In this document: positions 51,615 through 64,000 of the stretch, in pieces | Position numbering within the stretch: position 1 is the stretch's first letter | How the letters are laid out: every line of letters starts with the position of its first letter | NCBI GenBank assembly: GCA_051362555.1 | Contig: CM120644.1 | Location: forward strand, 3,170,954-3,234,953 | DNA from: Lingula anatina | Taxonomy: Eukaryota; Animalia; Brachiopoda | Direction of reading: 5' to 3' | Length of the DNA stretch: 64,000 nt | Program-made: the position numbers and the translations under genes | The notes under the pieces: model-generated | Databases searched by the model: none | Seen by the model: only the letters and a program-made list of their open reading frames with translations | What the model was told of the DNA's origin: nothing

Positions 51615-53834
51615 AAGAGTGAACAGGTCTTTGAGCTCATAATAACTTGTTCCTGTGGAAATATTATTTCAGTTTTCATGTCACAGTGGAGTGGCAATAA
51701 CAATATTTGTACCGCTGAACATCAATATAGTGGTTATTGTAGTTATTGTAGCAGAGCACCTGCGTTTGTTTATTTTCTTTTATTCTATGATGTATTTAAA
51801 GTTAATTCTCGTATAAAGCGTCTTCGTTTTCTTTCAGTCTGACGCCCATTGCAGTGATTAGGTACCTTTAATCGGCTACAGGTTTTATTTTTCTTTCCTT
51901 CAGCCTCGCATACACACAGTTCCATTCCTGTAAGTCACGTGTATGTCAACAAACACATGTCTCGGTCAGTGACCTTGACCTGCGAGCACGCGGGTCACAT
52001 GACACAGAATAAACTGCAGTGGTTGAAAGACGGTCGTCCCATAACAGACCAAACAACGCCGACTGTAATCCTACCACCTTTTTCAGCAACAGGTCGCTTC
52101 TCTGTTAACCTTCATTATTCCTCGGTTAGCCATAAGTGGGTACAAACCCTTCTGATACATGGTGAGAGACGCAGCTGAGTTACACGTGAATAAATTAACT
52201 GTGGATTAAGTGGAATTGCAGAATTATTGTATAATAAAAGACAATTGTATTATTGCCCACATGCCCTAAAGTTTATTTAATGATGCTAACATATTACTTT
52301 AGTAATGCTTTACTAAGCCCCCATTCATAATAGGGGACGAACTAGTCCGAGGGTCAAATATGGCCGACCAACTTGAATACTTCCCCAAGGGATATCTATT
52401 CAGTGTCTGTTAGTGGATTAGACGGCTATCTTTGTAGTGGGTCACCATATTTGACCTTGGGAGACTAGTTAGTCCCCTATTCTGAATGGGTCCTAAGAGG
52501 AAATACAAACTGAGGCGTGCAAATGAGAATGATTCATGTCTCATGTGAATAATTGTCCTGCTTCTTTTTTATTGTTTTAATTAACATTAGGTGTTAACTC
52601 CTACGACTTTACAACATACCCATTCCCAATGAAAAGATGATAAAAATGACATTTTTTAAATGAGACAAAGCCAAGTGTCGTGTTGTCAAAATTACTCTCG
52701 TCTACTATTCCGTATTATGCTGAAGCGAGATAAATATTCCACACAGTAACTGTTTCGGTAGCAAGTAAGCGTCAGTAAACGGTACATGTAATATGTACAT
52801 AATCTACCCTCTACCAGGGCCATAGATTGACTTTTCACAGGATATTCACAGATATATTCATAGATATATGTCTTTAGATGAATAGACGATCATTTTACTA
52901 TCTCTGACGCTGTAACGAAATCTCTAGGTTGATTACATGGCTGGTAATTGTTTGTGGTTTTTTCACTTTTTCCCTATAATATCTGCCACCCTGGTAGAAG
53001 GTACACGTAATCCTACACATGTTATGATTAAGTGAAGTGTTATATTTCTCCAGGCATAACATCTGTTGACCAAGGTGTCTACTCCTGCGTGTCCATACAA
53101 GACAACGGTATTAGAACCATAGTTAAGAAGACTGTTGTCAGTAAGTACCTTGTGGGGAATAAATAGGTGTTGCGCTCAAAAAGAGGGGAGAGAGGAACGG
53201 CAAAGGGCGCTGCCACAAATTAAAGGTCTTAAATCTATACATTCAATGTACCCTCCACCAGGACCACAGATAGGCCTATTTTATCTCTAGATATATATAT
53301 TCACGGATAATTTTCTGGTTTCTTCTGCGCATAGGCCTGTGTTGTCCAATGAGAACGTTCTGTGCAGAATTTAAATGAATGAATAAATTGGTTAATAAAG
53401 TCATTATTTAGCTGAAGAACATCATTTCTAAGAAAATAACGGTAAATGAGAATCAATATTGTTAGTTACGTAACTTAAATTAGGTTTTTAATAATCATAG
53501 GACTTAGAAGCTACATGTGGAGCGTAACATTCTGTTATTGCTGCTATTTGTGTCACTACAGTAGACAACTGTTTGATAACCTCTCTCTCAGCTGTTTGAT
53601 AACCTCTCTCGTCTTCCAGGTTTTCTCTACGAGCCCGTCTCTCTCAGTGAGGCTCGGGTAGCAGCGGGCACAGTCTACGTGGTGGTGGGAGTATTGGGCT
53701 GTGTAGGGCTGGCCATCGCCGTGGCCGTGTTGTCTGTAATACTGTGTAGAGAGCGACAAAAGCCGCGGCGAGATCGCACGAGACGGCAGAGGAACAGGCG
53801 AGCGCATCAAATCACTATAATGACGATTGCTTAG
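51126..53834 (+). CDS. Small type I membrane protein with a single Ig domain (~203 aa)
   Basis: Exons 51126-51177 (signal MSVTSIIYAVVIAASVT), 51904-52161 (VTLTC..LQWLKDG..RF), 53054-53140 (DQGVYSC) and 53620-53834 (TM VYVVVGVLGCVGLAIAVAVLSVILC, Arg-rich tail ending MTIA*). All phase 1, 612 nt, open frame. Confidence 0.85.
52317..52493. mobile_element. MITE family A variant
   Basis: Same internal sequence (TCTATTCAGTGT) as the other copies; TIR with AATAGGGGAC/GTCCCCTATT; TAA on both sides. Confidence 0.75.
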
Positions 53835-55445
53835 AAGAGGCAGCGGAAATCTACTTGGATTATATTTTTGAATCAAAGGCATTTTATAAATCACACAAAG
53901 AAGCGCATGCGTTTATCGGCACGTTCACGCTCCCGTTTATCAGCACGTTCACGCGTGTGACGTCACAGGTTGATTCTTTAGGTGAAGCTGTATTAGTTAG
54001 CCTATTACCAGCTGCTTAATTAACACATATCCTCACTGCTCCCCAAGTGAAAAACGAAACATTTACATCAAATATGAATTTATCCACTTCAAACATAAAC
54101 CGTGCCAATACACGTGGTTTTATTCTAAGGAGTACTCTTCATTTGTTATATAGAAAAACTACATGTAGTACATATTTCAATAGGCCTATATTTAAATTCA
54201 TAAAAGAAGTTCCGCATCAAAATAACCATAAACGTACACAGTGTACTTTTTCTTGAATATTTTAATGTGATCATGCTTTAAGCAGTCGTTTAATTATTAT
54301 AAATTAAATGTTCATTTTAAAAGATTAAGATGTTCTTTCTCCATAGTCAATCTAGGATCATAGAGCACACTACTGCATATCAGAGAACGGTGCTTGACAA
54401 GATGTATCTTGGTTTCTGCGGCAAACGTGGTGAAATGTACAGGAAAGACAACTTTTGCTAGATAAAGGTCTACGCTGCATTATATGTCTTTATTAAAACG
54501 TAAAAATAGGATAACGGGTTAAAAGCCAGCTCAATTCACACGTGTTCGCTGTGATTGGACGACAGTAGCCTACGTACATGGTCAGCGCCGTTCTTCCACT
54601 ATACGTTCACTGTCCTTTTTTCGGCAGGAATGTCGACCTTAGTTTACCTTCCTAACAACTGAGGCTGATAATAAACTGGCATTCACATATCTATACAAAG
54701 TGCGTAAACATTTATAGCCATTGATGTATAGATATTCATTTATCCAATTCCGCATGGCAGAGCAATTTATACTGTGCAATGTCATTGCTATGCCAGTGCA
54801 TTTTAAAGTAAGATCAAGGCAATAGTGTTTTCTTGTTAACAAAACAAATATTGAAAAATAAATATCACTTTATCGTATTTTATACAAAATTTACAAGTAG
54901 TGAAAAGACCACCTCTCCCTCTCTCTCTCCCTCTCTCTCTCTCTATCATAAAAATGAGCAGTCGTCTTCCTTTCATATTTGTGTTATTAGATTTCAGAAG
55001 GCACAAACACACACACGCACTGCAATGTCTTCCTTCATATAAAATGAGACCCAAAAGGCTAACCGGTATTATACCATACACATATACAGCAAAATAAGTT
55101 CCCCAGACAACCAAAAAGGACAGCATCATACAGAGCTGAACAAAAGAGAACGTATCAAAAGCCTTCAAGTTTGGACAAAATATATATATATATATCGACA
55201 ATATAGACGGGTCACTTTGGGACGCGGGCAATAATACTGACATGCACTAATTAGCGAGTTGCGTAGAATGGGAAGTTGTGGAAAAAGCAGAGAACATGTG
55301 TAATACATCATGCAAAGGGAATGTGACATGAGAAAATAAAGGCTATAGTTCAAAGATTGTAAGATTAAGAATATACGGCCAAACATTTTGTGCAACAAAT
55401 GAGTGTTTTTCCTTCCTATTTCTATGTGGTAGATTTACTTTACCA

Positions 55446-55506
<61 letters not shown>

Positions 55507-57079
55507 TTGTAGCTACAGGTACGTTTGTTTTGGCACAAAAGAAATTGTGTAATAAATACATTCCCACTGACAATTTTACAAGCTTCATGATATGGTCACG
55601 TCTGTTTCGCATCTAGATCACATTTGTCATCATGTTTGCCTGTTTATCATATAAGCTTAAGGTCACAACAGCCTATGAATGTGTTCAGACGCGAGAAATA
55701 AAAAAACAATAGCCAAACAGATCTCTGGATAAGGGGGCCGTGGGGAACAGAAAATGGATAGGCTAATTAATCAGATTTTACTGTGCATAAAGTTCTCTTT
55801 TTGTACCTAGCCGCGTAAAAGTCTTATACCCATTGAAACTAGCGACCTGCGTACCGGTAGATCGATCTAACTCTACGGGGACTCTTGCTGAATGCAATCA
55901 GTTTAACAGATGATATTTTCATCCTCCTGGCGTTGCGTAGAACACAGCATAGTTGATGATTGTACCGAGTATGTACGCACGAGTGCGAAACAAGAGGAAC
56001 AAAAACAAAACAATTTAAAAATAACAATAAAAACAACAATAATAAATAAAACATTAAAAATGCATAAAAAATACCCATACTTAAAAAAACTTATTTGAAA
56101 TATGTGCTTTCAGTTGCAAGAAGTTCTAAAAGGATCATTGTCTGTATTTTATTTGTATGTCTTATTGCAAGTTAAAATTTGGGGCGTGTATAGGCCTACT
56201 TGTAGGGACCTACATGTACATGTACCTCAACTTCATGATCGCCATTGTGTACTCCTACATTTTATTTCCCACTGACAGGGGAATACCGTAATACTAGGAT
56301 AGACCATGCAAAATCTAAGTCTATATATATTTTTTTTCTTTTTTTTTTCTTTCTTTTTTTTTTTTTTTTTTTTTTTTAGGAAATAATTAAGAATTAAGAC
56401 ACCCATATATCACCCCGATTAAAAAAGAGAAATGGCACAATTAAAAGTGCAATGTTGCATTTTTTCTATTTCACAGAAAATCCATCATGTTTAAATATAA
56501 TTCTCAAAAAATAAGAAAATAAATCTACGGATCCATCAGATAATGTGCTTTCCACACTTTCTGAGCATTATGTCTGTCTGAGAATGACGACGCCCTGAGA
56601 CCGTGAGACGGGATGTGCACATGCGCAAACGTTTTTCTCCCTGGCTTAACTCGGCCACGGAACGTGACCTATTTGTTATACTTTAAACCAATGAATGAGT
56701 GAAAAGCTAGGAAGTGCGCGGCTAGTCAACATGTGGAAACACTGCACACTGTAGTTGTCCCTATCAATTAAAACAGAATCCTTTGTCTTTCCAGTGCACA
56801 GTTTGTTAGATCAAGCGGGACAGGCGAAATAATGTTTCCATGGCAATGCTGCTAGTAAGGATATCAACTGCAATTTGTCCACTGTCGCTGAGGTACAGAT
56901 ACTAACGTCAGTAATCTACTCGATCGTACAGTTGTTTACATTGTCGTACTACTAGTAGTACTACAGTCTATACCCCCCCCCCCACCCCCCCAGTAGAACT
57001 ATAAGTACCAGTGTATTTCTGTTCAAAACAGAGCCCATTATTGTATAATATATTTCAGAGGCTACCAACAAGGCAGGAC

Positions 57080-57157
57080 ATTTGATCTGCAGTTCCTGCA
57101 CAACTTGCCTCAAACTTTAAAGTTTGAGGCAAGTTGTGCAGAAACTGCAGATCAAAT
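57080..57157. repeat. 78-bp spacerless palindrome
   Basis: ATTTGATCTGCAGTTCCTGCACAACTTGCCTCAAACTTT|AAAGTTTGAGGCAAGTTGTGCAGAAACTGCAGATCAAAT; 39-bp arms with one mismatch. Confidence 0.95.
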
Positions 57158-57298
57158 ATTAAAATTAGAAATACAAGTCATGTATATATGCTAGAAGTTA
57201 ATGTTTTTCTTTAAAATATTTTTCAAATACTTGAATCTTCATTGACTTCATGATTTCAATAACATTTAAGTAGAAAAATTACACTTTTTCATTACCCC

Positions 57299-57365
<67 letters not shown>

Positions 57366-57842
57366 TACCTACATTGCAGTACTTACCATACACAGTACAT
57401 GTGACTGCACACAGCGAGAGTCCCTTCAGAATTGGATCAATCTACGTACTGGGTAGACCAATGGTATCTTTGGGAATGGGGCCTTATAAAATGGGAAAGT
57501 GAGGGGAATAATGCAAAAATATTGAAAAAAATTACATTAAAGGTACAGTCATTTGAAACTGAACCTATGAATTGTTATAACATACAACAACTATTAGCAA
57601 ATTACAGTAGTGATGATACAGGTACCAAACTAGTAGGTAGACAATTAAATAAATAGATGGGGGGGGGGGGGGGGGGGGGGAGGGGGGGGAGGGGGGGAGG
57701 ACATGATGTAGTAGTACAACTGTACATGTGTGCCTGTTGCAAGGTCTTAACCATATTCTCAAACTCTGGTAAAGTGCAGTCAATGGAAATACACTTTTAA
57801 TATCCACATCGTTTCTATTCCAGGTTTGTGTGTCTCAGAAGA

Positions 57843-59580
57843 ATGTCCACATTAAGTCAAGGAGACCATCCTAACACATTGCTGATTGAGCCATTCTATG
57901 GAGGTTCTCACCGTCAGCTTTTGGATGTTCTGAGTGAGAATATCCACGGCTGCCAAGTGTGCACTCTGCCAGCTAAGAAGTGGCACTGGAGGTCCCGTGT
58001 AGCTGCTCTCTGGTTCTCTCAAAATATACCTGTACGAGAGAGTTACAGGTAAGATTCTTATAAGGATTGATAATCTCTATAGTGAACCTGGAAAGTTGGG
58101 TGAGAGGAGTGGGGGGAGGGGTCTGCAGGCAAGTGCCCTACCTTACCTTTTCAGGTAGGTAGACAAATTTCTTTAGCCAGCTTATTTCTTTTCTAAATGA
58201 AAGGATAGATTGTTAATATAAGCCATCAATTTTTTTTTTTTTTGATAAGTAGATAAAAATAAAATCGTGTATTTCCAGAGTTCTGTTTGCCAGTTCTGTC
58301 CTCAACCTTGCAGAGTTAGTTGCGTTGAGGCCAGATCTGGGAAAGCTGCAGAAGATCCTTTACTTCCATGAAAACCAGCTGGTGTACCCCGTCAGGAAGG
58401 CAAAAAAGGAGAGAGATTTTCAGTTTGGATATAATCAGATTTTATCCTGGTATGTAAATGCATTATCAACTTGTCTGTTTATAAATTTATTTATTTATTT
58501 ATATATTATTATTTGTTTTTTATTTGTTTTGTTTTTTTGTTGTGATATATTATCAAAATTTGTCCCGATAAGAGCTGGTGTGGATATTTTGACTGTCATG
58601 CCAGTCAAAATATTTTGTCTGTATCGACTTATCACCTCAGCTTAGGAGAATATGTTTTGACCTAATATATATTTTTTTACCTAAATGTTGGTTTTGTCAG
58701 ATAAAAGTTATGGACAGATTTTCAAAATATACATGTACATGTACCTCAGCTATCTTGGAATTTATTTGATTTTGGCAGTGATCAGTTGTGATTAATTGAT
58801 ATTAATGAGAATTTAGCTGTGTTGGCATTGGTCTGTACTACTCTCAGTGTTAATTACATTTAATTAATTAATTAATTAATTTTTTCATTCTTCCAAAGCA
58901 TTTTTTTCATTGACCTTTCTCCCTGTGTTTCAGCCTTGTTGCAGACAAGATCGTCTTCAATTCCAAGTTCAACAGGGATTCTTTCCTCCAGTCCATAGAC
59001 ACATATCTCAATGTGCTGCCTGACTACAAACCTAAAGGTCTAGCCAAGCAGATCGAACCAAAATGTACTGTGCTCTACTTTCCCCTCAAGTTGCCCGTGG
59101 TGGTGGTAGAGGATTCGGGGCTGGATGAAAGAGTTTCACATGAATTGATAAAGAAAAAAAGAATAGATCAAGGCATCTGCGATGTTTCTCATGACTGTGA
59201 TAGTAAGAGCAATTTTGGAAATAGCCCTGGGCAGGCGGGTAGCCATATTGAACTAGATTCCAGCTCGTCTGGCTATGGTGACAGACAGGAAGATGAAAGG
59301 AAGAAGCATGAGGACGGCCATTTTTCCAGAAAACTCTCAGAGGAACACTTTAAGTCAGAGGGCTCAGAAACCTCAGGTACACCATTAGAAAGAAGGAACA
59401 GTCAAATTTTTCTACAGAGGTTTCCCAGAGTCAAGGGACAACCCCTCCACATTGTGTGGGCACACAGGTGGGAGCATGACAAAGACCCCGAACTTTTCTT
59501 CAACACAGTGTTACAATTGAAGGAGCAAGGACTGAAGTTTGAGTTGTCTGTTCTGGGAGAGTCCTTCACTGACAATCCAG
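57843..59580 (+). CDS. GTDC1: GTDC1 / tRNA-queuosine mannosyltransferase (QTMAN), 5' part; the gene continues beyond the window
   Basis: Exons 57843-58048 ([24 protein letters not shown]), 58279-58449 ([41 protein letters not shown]) and 58934-59580 ([39 protein letters not shown]). These are hallmark GTDC1 motifs. Confidence 0.95.
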
Positions 59581-60115
59581 GTAGGCTGCATATTTTCTTT
59601 TCGCTGTCGTGGAACCATATTCAAATAATTTGCATTTAGTTAATTTACTGTCAGTGATGGGTGTTAATAATCCATGTTTAAGTATGATGTGTAACTGTCA
59701 TCGAAATTATGAGAAATTTCACTGTTAATTTGATATGGAATAAAGTGTTTTTTTTTTTGTCATTAGACCATGATGCCTTATATTTAGAGTAACCACTAAC
59801 ACATTGATCTTAGCTGGTTGTGGTAGGCGAGATTTTGAGTAACTACTAACACATTGACCGTGGCTGGTTGTGGTAGGTGAGATGTCTTGCATATCAGTAG
59901 CAATTGTTTCCACTCATGATGTCTTGAATTAAGAAGACATGATATTTTGAACTTTGACAAAGTTGGTTTTCAGAGCTATTAAACATCTATGTCATAACTG
60001 AGGAAGTATATTTTGAAGTAGATTTATTATTGAAGTAAATAGTTTGGCGACCCATGTAGAACTGGATAAATACATACTAGTAGACACTGCCAGGTGATCT
60101 ATCACTAAATAATAA

Positions 60116-60167
60116 TTTTTATGTACAGACACAGATGTGTCTGTACATATAGCCATCATCTGCGTCT

Positions 60168-60220
<53 letters not shown>

Positions 60221-61058
60221 GCACTTTTACCGATAACACGATAAGTGGAAAACCATTTTGCCTTTTGATTTGAAACTTGCAGAACTGATGAATATTCATA
60301 ATACGCAGGTCAAGTTCGAAAATCAGCATGATCGGGTCACTCTTAGGGAATTTATGCTGTTTTTTCACTTTTTTCAACATATATGCAGCACCGATAACAC
60401 GATAAGTAGAAAACCATTTTACATTTTGATTTGAAACTTACAAAACTGATGAATATTCATAATATGCAGGTCAAGTTCGAAAAACAGCATGATCGGGTCA
60501 CTTTTAGGGAATTTATGCTGTTTTTTCACTTTTTTCAGCATATATACAGCACTGATAACACGATAAGTGGAAAACCATTTTACCTTTTGACTTGAAACTT
60601 ACAAAACTGATGAATATTCATAATACGCAGGTCAAGTTCGAAAATCAGCATGATCGGGTCACTTTTAGGGCATTTATGCTGTTTTTTCACTTTTTTCAGC
60701 ATATATGCAGCACCGATAACACGATAAGTGAAAAACCATTTTACCTTTTGGCTTGAAAGTTACAGAACTGATGAATATTCATAATACGCAGGTCAAGTTC
60801 GAAAATCAGCATGATCGGGTCATTTTTAGGGAATTTATGCTGTTTTTTCACTTTTTTTCAGCATATATGCAGCACCGATAACACCATAAGTGGAAAACCA
60901 ATTTACCTTTTGGCTTGAAACTTGCAGAACTGATAAATATTCATAATACGCAAGTCAAGTTCGAAAATGAGCATGATTCGATTATTGTTAGGGAATTTAT
61001 GCTGTTTTTTATGTACAGACACAGATGTGTCTGTACATATAGCCATCATCTGCGTCTG

Positions 61059-61093
<35 letters not shown>

Positions 61094-63610
61094 GTGCACT
61101 TTTACCGATAACACGATAAGTGGAAAACCATTTTGCCTTTTGATTTGAAACTTGCAGAACTGATGAATATTCATAATACGCAGGTCAAGTTCGAAAATCA
61201 GCATGATCGGGTCACTCTTAGGGAATTTATGCTGTTTTTTCACTTTTTTCAACATATATGCAGCACCGATAACACGATAAGTGGAAAACCATTGTACCTT
61301 TTGGCTTGAAACTTACAGAACTGATGAATATTCATAATACGCAGGTCGAGTTCGAAAATCAGCATGATCGAGTCACTTATAGGGAATTTATGCTGTTTTT
61401 TCACTTTTTTCAGCATATATGCAGCACCGATAACACGATAAGTGGAAAACCATTTTACCTTTTGGCTTGAAACTTACAGAACTGATGAATATACATAATA
61501 CGCAGGTCAAGTTCGAAAATCAGCGTGATTGGGTCATTTTTAGTGAATTTAGGCTATTTTTTCTCTTTTTTCAGCATATATGCAGCACCGATAACACCAT
61601 AAATGGAAAACCATTTGACCTTTTGGCTTGAAACCTACAGAACTGATGAATATTCATAATACGCAGGTCAAGTTCGAAAATCAGCATGATTGGGTCATTT
61701 TTAGTGAATTTAGGCTATTTTTTCACTTTTTTTCAGCATTTTTGCAACACTGATAACACAATAAATGAAGAGCTGTTTTACCCTATGGCTTGAAACTTAC
61801 AGAACTGATAAATATTCATAATACGCAGGTCAAGTTCGAAAATCAGCACGATCCGGTCACTTATAGGGAATTTATGCTGTTTTTTTTTTCACTTTTTTCA
61901 GTATATATGCAACACTGATAACACAATATAAGAAAAACAGATTGGCCAATTGTCATTATACTCACAGGAGGGGCCAATCTTACTAAAACGCAGGTTGAGT
62001 TTGAAAATCAGCATAATCAGTCCATTATTTTAAAAGGTAATGCTGTTTTTTCACATTTCCTCACATTCAATTCTTAGGCATGTTAACAGTCTCATTATTG
62101 AACTAATAAGATACGTAAATGTGTTTGTTTGGCATTTCCTGCATCTTTACAACATTGTTAGTTGATTTTGTAAAAATGATGGTAAACTTGTTATCATGTA
62201 TTGTGTAATAAAGTGTCAAAAATGGAAATAAACTCATATCATTGCAGTTTGTCAGATGCATTCATCCACTATGTTCAGAATCTCAGAATGGAGGAAGTTG
62301 GACATTTAAAACTGTTCTATTGATACTTTTCCCATCTCATCAATTTTCTTCATTGGTCATATAAAAATGGCAGTAAACTGTTTATTTTGTTTTATGTTTA
62401 AAAAGTGTTAAAAATGGAAATAAACCCATTTCAGAACAGTGTTGTATTGTTTACATTTTGGCATTTTCAATATGTGACTTTGAAGTTCCATGGGCCTGAA
62501 GGCTTTTGCTAGTTACATTTTCTGAATAACCATGATACTAATATTTTATAATTAAAAATTGATGGTCATTATGCTGTTAAACATTATGTAATGTTGCATG
62601 AAAATTTGGAGAAACCCCTATTTTGGGCACTGCTCCCATGATGACCATTTAACAAAAATCATGTCAATTACTGTTCTCAAACTTACAGGAAAGAAACATG
62701 GGTCTAAAATACAGCTCCAGTAGGCAATGCAGTCTGTTTGGTAAATTTTTCTGGCAATTAAACAATTTTTTGTGAAAATTTAATTCTTCACATATTGGCA
62801 TTTCCAAGGTGTGACTTAGAACCTCCACGGGCTTGAAGACCCGTGCTAGTCACATTTTGTGAAAATCCATGACACTTATATTTTATTATTAAAAATCGAT
62901 GGTCATTATGCTGTTAAGCATTATGTAATGTTGCATCAAAATAGAAGAAAACACAATTTTTGGTGCTGCTGCCTTGATGACCATTATGGAAAAACCGTGT
63001 TACTTATGACTGTCAAACTTTCAAAAAAGAAACACAGGACTAAAATGCAGCCTGAGTTAGAAAAGCAGTCTAATTGGCTTCTTTTTCTGGAAGTTATACA
63101 TTTTAGTGTTATATTCATTATCTTTTTTGGCATATTCATTGTGGGACTCGGAGCTCCCATGGACATGAAGCCAAATGGTAATCATATTTTCTACATGTCC
63201 ATCCTATTTATAGTCAATAAACAAAAATTGGTGATAATTATTCTCTAATTTATTATGTAATGTTACATCAAAATTGACAATCTTTTTGCACTGCTACTGC
63301 AAACATTATGAAAAGAAAACTGTGCTACTTATTATAATTTTAAACTTACAAGTACGATTTTTAGGATTGGCCTTCAGCTCATGAGAAAACCAGCTCTATT
63401 GGATTATCATGTTTATTGTATTTATGCATTTTTTGTGAAATTTTCATTTTTCTCATTCTGGCACTTTCTAAGTATAAACTTGAACTCTGATGGGCCTGAA
63501 GCCTTATGCTTTTACTTTCGTCTGTGTTACCTGTTGTGCATAAGTTGATGTTGACTGTGCAGTTAAACATAATGTATTATTGCATCAGGATTGGTAGTCT
63601 CCTATTTTGG
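60116..63610 (+). mobile_element. Helentron/HINE-like element with a duplicated head and ~161-bp satellite-like core array, in a GTDC1 intron
   Basis: Head (hairpin plus (GTCGCC)n) at ~60116 and again at ~61007. Core units start at 60230, 60391, 60552, 60713, 60875 and 61105, 61266, 61427, 61588, 61750, 61915. Tail homologous to 3330-4560. Confidence 0.8.
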
Positions 63611-63877
63611 GCATTATGGTTTTGTGCTTTTCTTAAGGTGTGACTTATGGGCCTGAAGACCTTTGAGTGGGTCAGTCTGTAAATTACCCTTGGGTATCAC
63701 TAGATTAATTTCAGAGTTATAAAGTCATTTGCTTTAATAGGCCATTAAATGAGATTACATAAAGCACACTTGTTGATATTTCCCTGTAAACTCCCAAAGG
63801 TAAAGCTCTCTGCTAGATTAATAATAAGGAAGCAGTGATAATTATGCAGGTAAATTTTGTTTAATATTGCAAATAAG

Positions 63878-63935
<58 letters not shown>

Positions 63936-64000
63936 AACTGGAAGATTAAAAGTTTGAATAGCAGCTTCATTGGAATTATATTTACCTCAAGCTCTGCCAA

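Noticed and set aside
60156-61255. Two nearly identical minus-strand ORFs (74 and 69 aa)
   Set aside because: Products of the duplicated element head and the (GTCGCC)n microsatellite.
63879-63933. (TA)n and other microsatellite-derived ORFs (poly-YI, HT, CV, N)
   Set aside because: Simple-sequence repeats, not coding.

Overview
AT-rich, intron-rich invertebrate genomic DNA; the repeat types suggest a mollusc or other lophotrochozoan, but this cannot be determined from the window. In order: (1) the 3' two-thirds of a canonical beta1/betaPS-type integrin beta gene (+, 473-10592). (2) An intact, apparently very recent BEL/Pao LTR retrotransposon (-, 13479-19643) with 320-bp LTRs that look identical, a GGGAT TSD and one 1715-aa ORF. 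It has no tRNA-type PBS. Its LTR contains an apparent 114-nt GT-AG intron whose splice junction is complementary to the PBS position, suggesting a splicing-generated self-primer. (3) A hand-assembled 37-exon, ~1587-aa gene (+, 21606-47066) joining an NCAM/Fasciclin-II-like ectodomain (signal peptide, 5 Ig, 2 FN3) and a Thr-rich stalk in frame to a complete but degenerate integrin beta chain (MIDAS lost, Asp in the TM, no NPxY). (4) A small single-Ig type I membrane protein gene (+, 51126-53834). (5) The 5' part of GTDC1/QTMAN (+, from 57843). Helentron-like satellite-bearing elements, several MITE families and repeated tandem duplications of splice junctions fill the introns. All gene models were read by hand from splice signals and homology; none is transcript-confirmed.
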